From Yuukianura sp. NJ FZ-2021 (Eukaryota), in the NCBI GenBank assembly GCA_046563655.1, contig CM102290.1, positions 5,828,001 through 5,892,000 of the forward strand: a DNA stretch of 64,000 bases. The letters are read 5' to 3'. The translations under genes were made by a program, and so were the position numbers. Position 1 is the stretch's first letter; every line of letters starts with the position of its first letter. The notes under the pieces are model-generated. The model searched no databases. It saw only the letters and a list, made by a program, of their open reading frames with translations, and was not told the DNA's origin. Positions 39,581 through 54,578 of this stretch are shown here, one piece after another.

Positions 39581-39662
39581 TTTCAGCCACTTTCAGCCGT
39601 TTCTGCCACTTTTAGTCGTTTCTGGTACTTTTAGCCGTTTCTGCCACTTTTAGCCGTTTCTC
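39581..39662. repeat. ~21-bp tandem repeat x~4
   Basis: ccacttttagccgtttctg units. Confidence 0.75.
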
Positions 39663-40917
39663 GCTAACTGGATAACTGAGAAAAATGTGATTTTTATTGG
39701 GTTAACAACTTTTTTCGGTTGTGTTGTAAATTTTGGGTTTTGAGTTTGTACACCCTAAAAATTGCATCTTTTTTGAAAGTTGGTCTGATTTGGCAGTTTG
39801 TGTGATAAGTCGCGTGAGAGGGAACGTTTGGATGACAGTTTGACTCATAATTTGGGAAATCGTGGTGTAGACAGGAGGGAGATTTGAAATTTATGAATTT
39901 TGTGTTAGAATTGACATTGGACAGAGGAGGAATTGTGTCCGTGTGTCCAATAAATCATGTTAGACTTTTGTTAGAGGAGGACCATGGCCAATCCTTTAAC
40001 TGTTCCAATAAAAACCCAGCGTCCCTTCAATCGTCACCCTCCGAGGGGGCCCTTAAGGGGGACCCTTAGAAGGGGTGACAGGCTCAGGGGTGGCACAAAC
40101 CAAATGGGATTCGTAGGGAAATCAAGTTCAAATTATACTCGGGAGACGAAACGCTTTGAAATGTGACTCCACATTAAAGTAAGCTTTCTTTTTTTATTTC
40201 AATTCCAAAATGTCAAAATTCCCAAGGGAAAAATAAAAACGATTTAAATCAAAATTACTAAAACTGAATCCCGAATGCCACTTTTTTGGAAAACATCAGA
40301 ATCAAAAAGAAAAAAAATTTTTTTTTAAAGTATTTTGAAAAACGACTATATGCATTAGGTTTTTAGTTTTGTACTCCTTTGGAATATGAATTTGTTTATC
40401 CTTTTTCCAAAAAGAGTCATTTGTGGTCAAGGTCAAGTGTGAGCATTTTCCGAGGATTAGAAGCACTTAGGCAGAATCCTGTGCGGAATAAGAATGATAG
40501 TCATTAGGTATTGGTTGAAGTTGAGGTGTGACGGTGTGAGTACAAATGGACACGCAGAAGAGGCATGCCTCACTCCAACCATGGACTCGTCACCGTGGTT
40601 ACAGCTTTGGTAGGTCAAGGTTGAGGAAGGGGTTCGCATCTCGGCTCCTTTGTTTTTTTGTGATTGTAACTTATCCTTTCTGTGTTGACATAGTGGACAC
40701 TTATTTGTTGTCAAGGGTCAAGAGTCCACAAGTCCAATCAACGTTCACGAGAGACCAAGTGGCTACTGGTTAGTCACAGTTTACTATTTTACTAAGGAGT
40801 TCATCAAGTCCCCTCTCAAGGGCCCCCGAAGCCCTTCAAAGGGCTATTATTGAATTGCCTTGATAAAATGTGCCCTTGACCAACTTATTCTTAAGTAAAT
40901 ACATCTAGACTAACTTA

Positions 40918-40996
40918 ATCGGAGGAGGAGGGGGTTGTCCGGAGGTGGAGGTGGTTATCCGGAGGTGGAGGAGGTTACCCGGAGGAGGAGGGGGGT
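40918..40996. repeat. G-rich 20-21 bp tandem repeat x4
   Basis: ccggagg(a/t)ggagg(n)ggtt units upstream of Kruppel. Confidence 0.75.
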
Positions 40997-43610
40997 TGGG
41001 AGTGAGCAGCCTTAATTGGTGTGTCCAAGGTGTTCCCAGGGGGATGAATTGGCCTTTGTTGTGAGCCACCACTTTTGAGAGTGGTTGGAGTGAAACTTGA
41101 GTAATTTATTGATAAAGTGGCTGGAGGGAGTGGTGGTTGACCCTGGGGCGAGTGGAGACGGGATCGAATCCACCTCGGTGGAGTCTGGCAGAAAAGTGGT
41201 ATCGATTTGGTGGGGCAGGAGGGGAGAAAGTTGTTGGAGGAGAGGGATGATGGGTCTGGTGAAAGCCTTCTTCTGTCTCAAAAACTTCCAACTTGGGGTC
41301 ATGCCCCGCCGATTACCAAAATCCACCGTTTTTTTAACATGACGCAAAAAATGGAAAAAGAAAGTGTCCGCTCCTGTCTCACTTTTAGTGACACTCAAAG
41401 TTATTCTCTGAGGAACCAACTTCTACAGTTTAAAAAAGACAAAAATTGTTGTTCGCTTTTTTCAAAAACTCAAAAAAAAAATGAAATTTGTGAACAGTTT
41501 TGTATTGGAGAAAGTGGTGAAAGTGGACTCTTCTAAACCTTGTTGTGGAAGGGTAGTTTTCCTCTCTTTTTTTGAATCCTCCCTCCTCTTTTTTGTGGTT
41601 GAGGAGAAGATGGTGGGGCAAGTTGAGACTTTGAACTTAAAAAGTGCCCCCAACGGGTACTTTTTTCCAAAGTGTACCCTTTGGGGGTACTTTTGTGCTG
41701 AAACTGACGGAAGGATATTTCGGTTGGATAAACAGTGAAAAGGGCTCCTTGAGCAGCAAAACCTCTTTTTGTCCCCCCACAAATCCAAGGGAGGGGAGAT
41801 GAAAAAACACAATGAGAGGGAGAAAAAGAGGGATCGGAGGATACAAAAACAGAGTGGGATTTTCCGCATCTCCGTGCACCCTTCGTACACTTTTCCACAC
41901 TCCCGTGTACACGTACACGTACACGTACACGTAGAGTGGAGAGGGTAGAGCTGGAATCAGGGCGGGTTAGGCCGAACGACCACCGATTTACCCCCTCTTC
42001 CTCTTTTTTATTTTTTTCCAAATTCCTCAGTTTTTAGTTCAGTCGTTGGGAGGGAAGGGGACTCAAAGGATCTCTCCACTTTCACTTACAATTGTATTTA
42101 CTTTACGTTTCCTAACTAACACAGTCATTTCTTACTCAAAGTGTCACAGTTTCAACTTACTCCCGGTGAATATCCCTGTTTTCAGTTGACCTTTGACCTG
42201 TCTCCAGTTGACCTTTGTGGCCAAAGGTCACGAGTGCCCGAGTTGTGATTTTGATCTTGTGATTTTTCCAATCTTCAAAAGAATTGTGGGGGCTGACTAA
42301 TAGTCGGAGTATTGTGCATGGAGTGAGTTTACGAAAAAACAGAATTTTGGAATCTCTCCCTCTCCAGTAGAATCCGCTCAACTTCTCGGTGAGTCACACT
42401 TTCTTCACTTTCATGCAAGTTAAGGTCAAGGTCAAAAGGTCACGCAAAGTCTGACTTTTGTGGAAGTCAAATTTGTCATCGTCAACTAACTTATTATGCA
42501 ACTCCAGAATTTCAAACATCAGTTTTTTGTTTTAAAATATCAAAGATTAGTTTTACGTTTTAAACTTTCAAAGATCAGTTTTTCGTTTTTTTTTGACATA
42601 AAATATGCTGTTGAACAAAGAATGAGAATTTGTCAGTGTTGGAAGTCGCTGAGTATGCGAGGTCAGTAATCGAAGTGACACAGTTTGCGAGGTCAGTGTT
42701 CGAAGTGAAGCATTTTGCGAGGTCATTGTTCGAGGTCATGGATTTTGTTACGTTAGTTTAGCATTGTTGAGTTTTGGAGGTCAGAGGGAGAGGTCATTTG
42801 CTTCGCATCTTCTTAGGGTTATAAAACCAAGGTTCACAACTTTTTTTAAAAAGGACGGAAAAGGGATTTTGTTCAAGATTTCTTGTGCCTTTTCGTAATT
42901 ATTGTTGAGATTGTGAGTGTTCGTTGGATTGAAGGGCCCTTCAAGGGTACCCTTGCATTCACTTTGGCATAAAACCCTACCAACACATTTCATTCCTCAA
43001 ACATCCTTTTTCTCAGGAAAAGAAGCCCTTTTTCCCCAGAAAATAAAAGATGAAGGGCTCTTTTTTCATTTGGCGAAAAGGGGCCCTTGGTCCTTGGAAA
43101 TTAAAAACCAGTGGCTTTACCTGAAGTTGCAGAGAGGCCTTGATCTTGTCCTCCCTTAAAGGGAGGCCCTTCAAGAAAAAGCAGAAGCTGGGGTGAAGGC
43201 CCCCTGCTCAGCCTCCCTCCGTTGACTCATCACGAGGCAAAAGAAGGAGAGAAAGAGGAGAAAGTCTCTCGGGACTTAAATTCCCCCACACATCTATCAA
43301 TTTTTACCAAAAAAGAAGTATTTTTATAAGAAGTTTTTGTACTAAAAATCATGATTTTTGGAAAATCAAAATTTGGGAATCTACTGGAAGTGAAATCAAA
43401 AAATTGAAAACGTCACGATTTCTTGTTTTTGACGCTTTTTTTGTGTTTAGACTTCCGAGAAGTTTTTGTTGGTGCTACTGAAGAGCGGGTTGAAGTGCGC
43501 AATCGCACGAGGGAGAGACTTCAAGTGTCGTGACGTCTGACCTCGTTCTGACGTCATATTGACATCGTTGTGACGTCATCGTGACGTCTTTGTGACCTTT
43601 TTGTGACGTC

Positions 43611-45081
43611 ATGGCTTCTGAAAAGTTGATGCGTGAGCAGGAACGGCGTGAAATGAGGCACCTCGTGACCTCGAGCGTCCCTTCGCCGCCCTTCAGTGGC
43701 CTCTCAATCCTCAATCCAGCCACTCTGTCCGTCTTCAGTTCTGATCCACGCGCAGTTCTGTCTGCGCATCTCTTCGCCAGCTACGCAGCAGCCAATCCGG
43801 AGGCAGGAAGGTTCCAGTTGCCCCTGCCCATCTCACTCGTCTCTCAAGGTCAGCCGATCTACCCCAAACCACCAACTCCCCCTCAGTTGGACATCATCTC
43901 GTCATGGGTCAATGACCACAAGGGCAAGACCAGGAAGAAGAGAGGCCCTTGGGACAAGGACCAAGGACCCACCAACCTCAGCAAGGACAGAGGTCAGGGG
44001 GAGCAGGGGGGCCCTTCGAAAGAGGAATCCAACAACAACAACAATGACAATTTGAACAAGAACCATTCCAATCAGGCGGCAAGGGACAAGCAGTTCACGT
44101 GCGAAGTCTGCAACAGAGGATTCGGATACAAACGTAAGTTTTCAAAATTTTGAAAAAAAGTTAAAAAAAATTTAGAAATTTCAAAAAACTTAAGCACTAC
44201 AGTGAAACGACAGTTGTAAAGTATCGCTAGCATCAGTTCGAGTGGCACGAGTTTCCAAAATTTCAAGTGCGACAAAAAATGGAAGTGTTTTGATGAAACT
44301 GGCACAAAATCACTTGAAGTTTGAATCTTTTGAGACTGATCAAAATAATTTTTTGTTGTAATTTTTAGACGTTCTGCAGAATCACCAGCGGACTCACACT
44401 GGAGAGAAGCCCTTCAAGTGCTCCATCTGCCCCAAAAAGTTCACAAGGGACCACCACTTGAAGACTCACATGCGACTCCACACCGGAGAGAAGCCTTACC
44501 GCTGTTCGCACTGTGACCGCCAGTTCGTCCAGGTCGCCAACTTGCGGAGGCACTTAAGGGTCCACACCGGAGAGAAGCCCTACGCCTGCGACCTCTGCAA
44601 AAATCGCTTCTCAGACTCCAATCAACTCAAGGCTCACATGCTCATTCACAAGGGAGAAAAACCATACAGTTGTGTCAACTGCGAAGGGCGCTTCAGACGC
44701 AGACACCACCTTCACAACCACAAGTGTGCCCTTAAGGATCCCCTCATGGACACAGGGTCCCCTCCAACTGAAACCAAGGCACGAGTACGCAAGTCACGAG
44801 AGACACGCAGAATCATTAGGATTGATACGCCGGGGGCCCTTGAGGGTCCCTTGACCTACCTTCCGGAAGTTCCCGAACAAACGCATCCCGAGGACTTGTC
44901 TACCCACAGTTTGAACTTGAGCAGCAGCCACTCCAGTTCTTCTGCGTCTCCAAGTCCCCTTAGCGGAGAATCTCAAGGGTCCCTTGGTCTGTACTCCGTC
45001 GAGAGTTCGGAGGGGGCCCCTTATTCCACGGATGACGACGAAGAGGGGGGTACTGAAAAGTCGGAAGACTCAGATGACTAA
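43611..45081 (+). CDS. Kr: Kruppel gap-gene C2H2 zinc-finger repressor
   Basis: Exons 43611-44133 and 44369-45081. Fingers [83 protein letters not shown] are Kr-diagnostic; C-terminal [10 protein letters not shown] (CtBP-binding motif). Probable non-coding first exon ~42040-42388 spliced to the acceptor at 43450. Confidence 0.96.
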
Positions 45082-47106
45082 AACACACAATTCAGAAACA
45101 TTCCAGGAGGGGGTACTTGAAAGTCGTTTTGACCTTGAGGTCAAAGGTCAGGGTGTTTGTTATTACGGGTTTTTAGTTTTATACGTGATATTTGAAATGA
45201 TTACCGGTTGAAACTAAGGAAAAAAGGAGAAAGTTCCATACTTTCTGTGATGATTTTTAGTTTGAGAGTTTAAACTTTTTAGTTGAATTTTGAAATAATC
45301 TTGTCCAATTTTACGGGTTTTTTTGTTTCATTTGGAACAAATTTAAAAAAAAATGAAGACAAGACAAAAAGTTATAGTTTGAAAGTACCTTAACAAAACT
45401 AAACGAAAGTTCCTCAATTAACATTTAATTAGCTTAAATTTAAAAAATTTAAATTTAAAACAGATTGATGCGGGTATAACTTTTTCAAAAAGATTTTGAA
45501 TTGAAGGAGAGAAGGAAAAAGGGTTTGCTCACTTTGAAATTTTAAGACTTTTTAGAAAAATCAAAAAGTATTTTTCTCGGAATTTTTTAAAAGTTAAAAA
45601 AAGTTCCTATTTTACTAACTTTTTTTTTCTGGCAACACTCAACATAACTTTTGGTGATGATTGACTATTCAAAAGACAAAAAGAAAAAAGAACTTCACGT
45701 TTCTTTTACGGGTATTTGTCTAGTTGAATACAAGTTGAAAAGTGTATTATAATAAGTGTTAGGTTAAAATTTTAAACTTAAAACGTCAAGTTAAAATGTT
45801 AGGTTAAAACATTGTTTGTGCCAAGAAACAAGTCCCGGTGAACTTTGTACTAAACGAGACGTGTCGTCCGTTAGAAAGAAATGCTAAGTTGTTTAGAATT
45901 TTAAACAAAACAATCTAAATTTTTAAAATATTCCTACCGGTGGTAAATTTTTCGGTGAAATATTTTCTTACAAAATTTTGAAACTTTAAAATTTTACACA
46001 AAAGAAATTGCCAATGTCAGGGAACAAGAAATTCATTTCACTTTTGACATGTTGACACTTTCGGAAGTCCAAACGTCAAAATTTCAACTTTTCTAGAATT
46101 TCAATGAATTTGATTAGCAAGTTTCAATTTCAAGAAATCCCTCAATTGACTTTTCATTTGAATTTGAACTTTTTCAAAAGATTAATCAAAATTTTTGATT
46201 GACGAGTGACAGGGGATCATAATTTTTTTTTTGTATTTTCCCCTTGATCGAGCTGAAAACTATTTTAGAATATGTAGGAATAGAATACAAAAAATAAATT
46301 TATTAAAATGTTATAAGTTTAAAATTTAAAATTAGAATTTAGAAAGTTGAAAGTTAAGGTGAATGTACAGAAAAGACGGGTCAAAGGTGATGAATTTACT
46401 CTCACAATGGAATCTTATTACGGGTATCACAATTGTAAAGGAATCAACTACCTCAACAACGGAATCTACCTCAATTATCTACATTTCCAAACTAATTAGT
46501 TAACACAACTATTAATTACAACTAATTAATTACTTTTACAACCAATTACTTTTGGTAATTCAAGTTAAGGAAACGTTGTCATTTGTAACTGGTAAAACGG
46601 GTCTTGACAGTTGTCAACTTACAATTAAAGTTTTATAACTTTAAGTAATTAAATAATATAATTAATTAATATGAAATTATATATTAATTCGTACACTCGA
46701 ATGTACATTAGGCAGCTGAATGGGACTAACTCACAATCTCAACACTCCTACCTCATTCCTAAGTTAATCAATTGAGTAATTAACCCGTAATAGTTAAATC
46801 ACATTAGAATAGAAAATTAAAAAAAAAGTTTTTTAAAGTGGGTATCTCAAATTTTCAAAAGATTTTCTTGGAAAATAGTTTAAAACTGTTTGAAAATTTG
46901 AAAGTTTGGTAATTTGGATGTTGTCAATCTGTATTTGTGTATAGTCTGTGAATGTAATACAATACATGTAATAAAGTATGTAATAATTGCAGATCCTTGT
47001 TTTTAGTTCCATTTCAATTGAACGTGACTCATGAGTCAAGAATCATGAGTCAAATGAGTCGAGGAGTCACAGATAGCGTGGGTAGATGATTGGCGGTGGA
47101 TTGGTT

Positions 47107-47120
47107 CCGCCATCTAGCGG
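47107..47120. promoter_or_regulatory. CTCF-like motif between Kr and ABCE1
   Basis: CCGCCATCTAGCGG closely matches the arthropod CTCF consensus GCGCCATCTAG(T/C)GG; ~170 bp upstream of the ABCE1 ATG. Confidence 0.55.
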
Positions 47121-47288
47121 TGAGCTGTGTGATGAGAGAAGCACATTTTGCATTGTGGCGCCGAAAGAAAACGGGATTTAGAACTTTCACTTTATTTTGA
47201 CTTTGCATAGAAGTTTGTGAGCAGCCGGTCAGTTTTGGTACTTGTTTTGTAGTTAATCGATTAATTAGAGTAGGGGTCAGAGGTCAGG

Positions 47289-49776
<2,488 letters not shown>

Positions 49777-50280
49777 ACTTCCGTCTCCCCTGGCAACCAT
49801 CGTCAACAGTTCGTTTGTCCATCTCCAACTTCTTCAACTGACGATGACATTTTGAGGCAGAAGAAGAAGATGGAGGAGGATGCTGGGCAGCACTTGGAGA
49901 TTTGTTCCATTTTTCAATTAATCGATTACTGGTTTTAAGGATTTGAGAAATGGAGGATCTTCAGAGTTGTGTCTGGTGCTGGAAGGGACAAATCCTTAAC
50001 GCAATTAAAATTTTAATTATGTTGGATTATAATCAGAGTTTAACTACAAATAAAAATGACGAAAGTTTTTTCGTACAAAAGTCCGAACCTCTAATGTTTT
50101 GATCTTGATTTGGCATGCGTCATGTATCAATCTGCAAAATTCTTGAGAACAGCTGATGAGTCACAACTCGTTTCTTATTCTTTTACTATGTGTTTCGCAT
50201 CTTGATCTCCACTTAATTGTTCAACTCCAGCACAAGTGACCGGTCGTCACCCTGACGTTTGTCGTGTCAAAGTTCACAAA

Positions 50281-50762
50281 ATGCCGATTAGTAACAATGA
50301 CATCTACGAGTTTTGCCGTGTGATTGCAGAGCAAAGGCAACTCAAAGTTTGTGTCAAGGAGGCTGCCAAGGCAGGAATGATTACCGGAGGGGTCACTTTC
50401 GCATCAGCCTTGATTTTGGGTCCACTCGTCATTGTGCCAGGTACTTTACTGTTATTAATCGATTAATACTGCAATTAATCGAGTAATTTGGTTTAATTGA
50501 CAATATGACCTTAGCTGCTCTTGCTGGAGGACTCTTGGCACATAAAACGTGTAATCGCTATGTGCCGCTGTACCAAATCCTGAGTGACATGTCGGAAGAT
50601 GACAAGCAGAAGTTGTGTGATCACATGCGCAGTATCATCAACAGTTTGGACATTGGAGACGCCGTGACACTGATGGCCATTGTCACTGCTGCCCAGAGTG
50701 ACGGAGTGTCCTACGGTCGCATGCTCACTGGCATGGGAACATACTTCCAACAAAGCTGGTAA
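50281..50762 (+). CDS. C19orf12: C19orf12 / nazo-family protein
   Basis: Exons 50281-50440 and 50515-50762: MPISNNDIYEFCRVIAEQRQLKVCVKEAAKAGMITGG...LGP...AALAGGLLA...YVPLYQILSDMSEDDKQKL...LDIGDAVTL follows the C19orf12 pattern (glycine-zipper hydrophobic segment, PxxQIL, xDAVxL). The stop overlaps a gtaag, so the 3' end is uncertain. Confidence 0.8.
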
Positions 50763-51046
50763 GAAAACGTTTTCAAATCGTGCCAACTATGCAGTCATCA
50801 TATCAACTACGGTGCAGTTCTGCTATTTTCTAAAACAATGAAACACAAACTTACTTTTAAACTTAAAGTAAACCATTTCCAGAATTTAATTAAGAAACTT
50901 CGTAAGATATTGAAAGTAATTGACAATTGATTGGTAAGAGCTTGTCCAGGTGACTAGTGACAGGTGACACAAGTCCTAGTCTTCTTATGAATGTTGGAGC
51001 CCTTGATAAGGGTCCCTTGTTGTGTAAGAATGTCCGAAGGCTGTCC

Positions 51047-52441
51047 CTAGTCACCTTTCCTTAGGAGCTTCCAAGCTCCGATTTTATAACGAAGCCAAAT
51101 TAGAATCAAGTCTCTTCCCATTTGTAACCAACTCCAAATCGGAGTTAACTTGGAACCTGTCAAATTAACATTTTAATCAATTAAAAGTGACTGACTAAAT
51201 CACAGAAATGGCCGATTTGAAATCGGACTTACCTTCAATTTCTGTCCAGTAAACAGCCACCTCGTCCGTTGGAATGCGAAGACTTTCGGCAATGTACAGA
51301 AGTTCCACATCAAAGGCCCTGTTACAATTAATTAGTTTCAACTAATTGGAATTAATCGCTGTAGATGTAGTAATTTCCTTACCATCGTTCAATGTGTAAG
51401 TTAGGGAAGCAGATTCTGGCGGCAGAGCGAGAGAAGAACTTGAATCCACATTGGGTATCACGAATCGTTCGGACTGTAAACAACCAAACGAGGAAGTGGA
51501 AGCCATGCATGAGGAAAGTTCGGAAGAAGGATCTACTCGCAATGGACTCCTGCTCCAAGTGAGCTCTGGATCCACAGATCACGGCAGCAAACTTCCAAGC
51601 AGGTTCGGAACGAGTAGGTTGAGCTGCAGTTTTAACGATAAGTTAACAATTAGTTCAATTAAGTTTCAATTAGTTTAGTTTTTGGCGTTGGTCCTTACCT
51701 TTTCGAAGGAGCAAATCAAAGGCGGACTGGAGCTTGTCAATGTCGGAGAATCTGGTGGCACCATCCGCATCCGCGAACAGAATAAACTCACCTCTGGAAC
51801 TTAGAACACCCTGAAACCAATTACTAATTGAACATCCAATTACTAATTGATTGAAGAATGTACTTTTGAATTGACTTACTAATCGAATAGCTCCTCCTTT
51901 GCCCCGATTCTTGACCAAATGAACCAAGCGACACTTGTCACTCCCGTACTTCTCTACATAACGCATCACGACATCCGACGTTCTGTCTGAGCTCCCGTCG
52001 TCAACCACAAGCACTTCGTATGAAAACTTGGCCTCGTTGCTTACTCGTCTCTCCAAGTACTCGAAGCATTCCTCCAGCATCGGAGGTACTAAACAAAACA
52101 ATTGAGTTGATAATTAACTAATCACTATGTGAACCTTAGGAAGTGGCTTACATCTGAACTGTTCGTTGTATGCTGGAACGACAACTGAGAGTGACACTGT
52201 GGGGATGTCTGACAAGGACGGAAAGGGGCACTTGAGTCGTGTGGAATTGTCTTCAAAGTACTTTTCATCATCGTAACGAACATATTGAGGGTAAGGTTTA
52301 GTTATCATCAGTAGAGTAGCACAAACCTAACACAAATCAACATTAATCATTACTATCAATTCAATTGACTCAGATCTTCCTTACCCCTAAGATCAAAACA
52401 ACGACGATTATGGAAATAATAACTGCCACAAGAGAAATCAT
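51047..52441 (-). CDS. ALG5: Dolichyl-phosphate beta-glucosyltransferase (GT2; wollknaeuel)
   Basis: Exons 52441-52385, 52326-52152, 52088-51880, 51810-51699, 51623-51383, 51318-51233, 51156-51047. N-terminal TM, SVVVPAYNE, VVDDGSSD, NRGKGGA, FADADGAT, GSRAHLE, DTQCGFK, WAFDVELL, SWLQMGRDL. Confidence 0.96.
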
Positions 52442-54578
52442 CGCAACTGGATCGTTTGCCTCTGTTGAGGCGACGACTTATTTTCTTATTGCAATTCGAC
52501 GTTGATTACTCCAGCGTCTGCCTCGGCCCAGTTGAAATATTGAGTGTCAGTGGACGAAATGTGGCTACTTGTTGTTTGTCTTAGATGTCCATCCTGTTGA
52601 GCAATTAACATAAATTAGGAATTACTGTAACGTGGCAACTCATAAATTTTGCAACTGCCCTCAAGACTTGAGTGAAATTGGCAATTTGAATTCATAATTC
52701 CATATATTTGGATACCTTAGAAGAGTACTGAAGGAACTGCCTGAATGGCTAATTAGGGAACTATGCGTGCTAATTAGTTACTGATCAATTGATTGATGTC
52801 AACTACCGGTACGTATTGTCAACGATGGAACCCAACAACAGCTGCTGTAACGTTGAAAAGTCCAGGGAATAGTCAGTCAGTTATATCAGATAAATCAGGG
52901 AATTAGACAAGAGAAGAAGGGGAAGGCAGATAATAGGCAGATAACTGGAAAACGTCAGAAGGGACAGGACAAATCCCGGAAATGGCAGAAAGCACAGACG
53001 TTGAGCGGAGTTTCCGCCGGAAACTGCTTGCTAACCTTGAAACCTGATAAAAACTTGAAAGGCGGCGTTGCAAAGTCCAATGAGTACTCCAAATTTAATC
53101 GACACGACCCCTTACTAAAGCCCTTGAGTACTAAACAATTTAGCCCTTGAAACGAGACGTTGCTACATGCCTGTCCTTATTTTTTTCTTTGTTCCTTTGT
53201 GTCGGATCAAAAAGCTGTTTTCTGACATTTCTGAGTTTTGTGCTGCCGCTGCCCAATGTGACGTTACACGTTAACTGTGGATCTTTTTCCTCATAGGTCG
53301 CATTAATTAATTAATAAATTAATCAATGATTATAACAAAGGGAGACATTTGACATTGAGAGTGTGTTGCTGCTGTGGACATTACCTGGGACCCTTCCCTC
53401 TCCCAAGGTTAGACATTGCCTAATTCCTAATCAAACTAATAGTTGCAAACTAAAGTATTTCGTGTCAAATGTAAGAATATTGTTTTTGTATTGAGGTGCC
53501 ACAACTCCTTGGATGTGACATTGACCATGACCTCAACAGTCCCTTGACCCAGCTGCTTTCGTCAAGCAACACACACCGTGCCCTCTAGCCTCATCAAATT
53601 GGTGTCATTGGTCCGTCATCTCTCGCTCACTTCAATTGACCAACATTAATCTTGTGTGACCTTACGTAAGTTCTACAGGTTGGGATAGCCTCTTTCAATT
53701 GAACTGTACATTGAGTAAGAACCTAAGGCTAGTCGCTGCAGTAACGGATTAACGACCGTATTGTGCATGTGTCTAACCTTCTCGTGCTTACTTCACTTGT
53801 TCATTGACAGAAACCTTGAACTTAATTAACGCTTTTTACTACCGTCATTTCATCCTCATCCTTTGTTATCCTTTCCTTTCTATGCTCTTGCTCAGTTCAA
53901 CTAATCCTAAGAAGTAGCTTTGAGTTGTTGTCAATGTGAGTCGTTGAGTCCAGACAAATGGTGTCAAGGTCAGAGGTAATGTAATACTTCACTCAATTGA
54001 CCTTACACACAACAAAACCGTAGTATTTCATATCTTTTTCATTTGTAAAGACGATTCGAGATTGTGGTTTCGACTTTGATTGAAATGACTGACACTTGAC
54101 AGCCTCAGCTTCTGCTACTCTTCAAAACCTTGAGCAATCCAGCACACGCCTTTAACGCTTTCAAATTTAAAACGCATGTTGTACTACCCAACCCATTTTT
54201 TGGTGACTTTGCATTGACTTTGGCCATTTTTATGCCAAACATAGCCCAACTCTTTGACACTGCTAAATTGACAGGGTCTGGACAGCTCTGTTGAGATTTA
54301 ACTGCTCAGTTGAATATTTTGTTTACAAAGTGGATTACTTACAGGCCTCCTTGGATGTGGGAGTGACGTGCATGATTAAGTACTAAAAAGTGTGTAGCAT
54401 CTGGAAGTCTGGACTGAATCTCTGCAAGTGATCTAGAGGATGGACTAACTTGGACAAATTTGCACGAAACACGACGGAGTAGCAGATTTTGGCTTACTTT
54501 TTACTTTTGTGCATGACACGAAGCTCATTCTAATCCCACTTCGCTCTTCCTTTGGATTTTACATTTTGACATTTTAAA

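Noticed and set aside
41012..42021. Several overlapping 100-160 aa ORFs upstream of Kr
   Set aside because: No domains, low complexity, overlapping on both strands; consistent with regulatory DNA.
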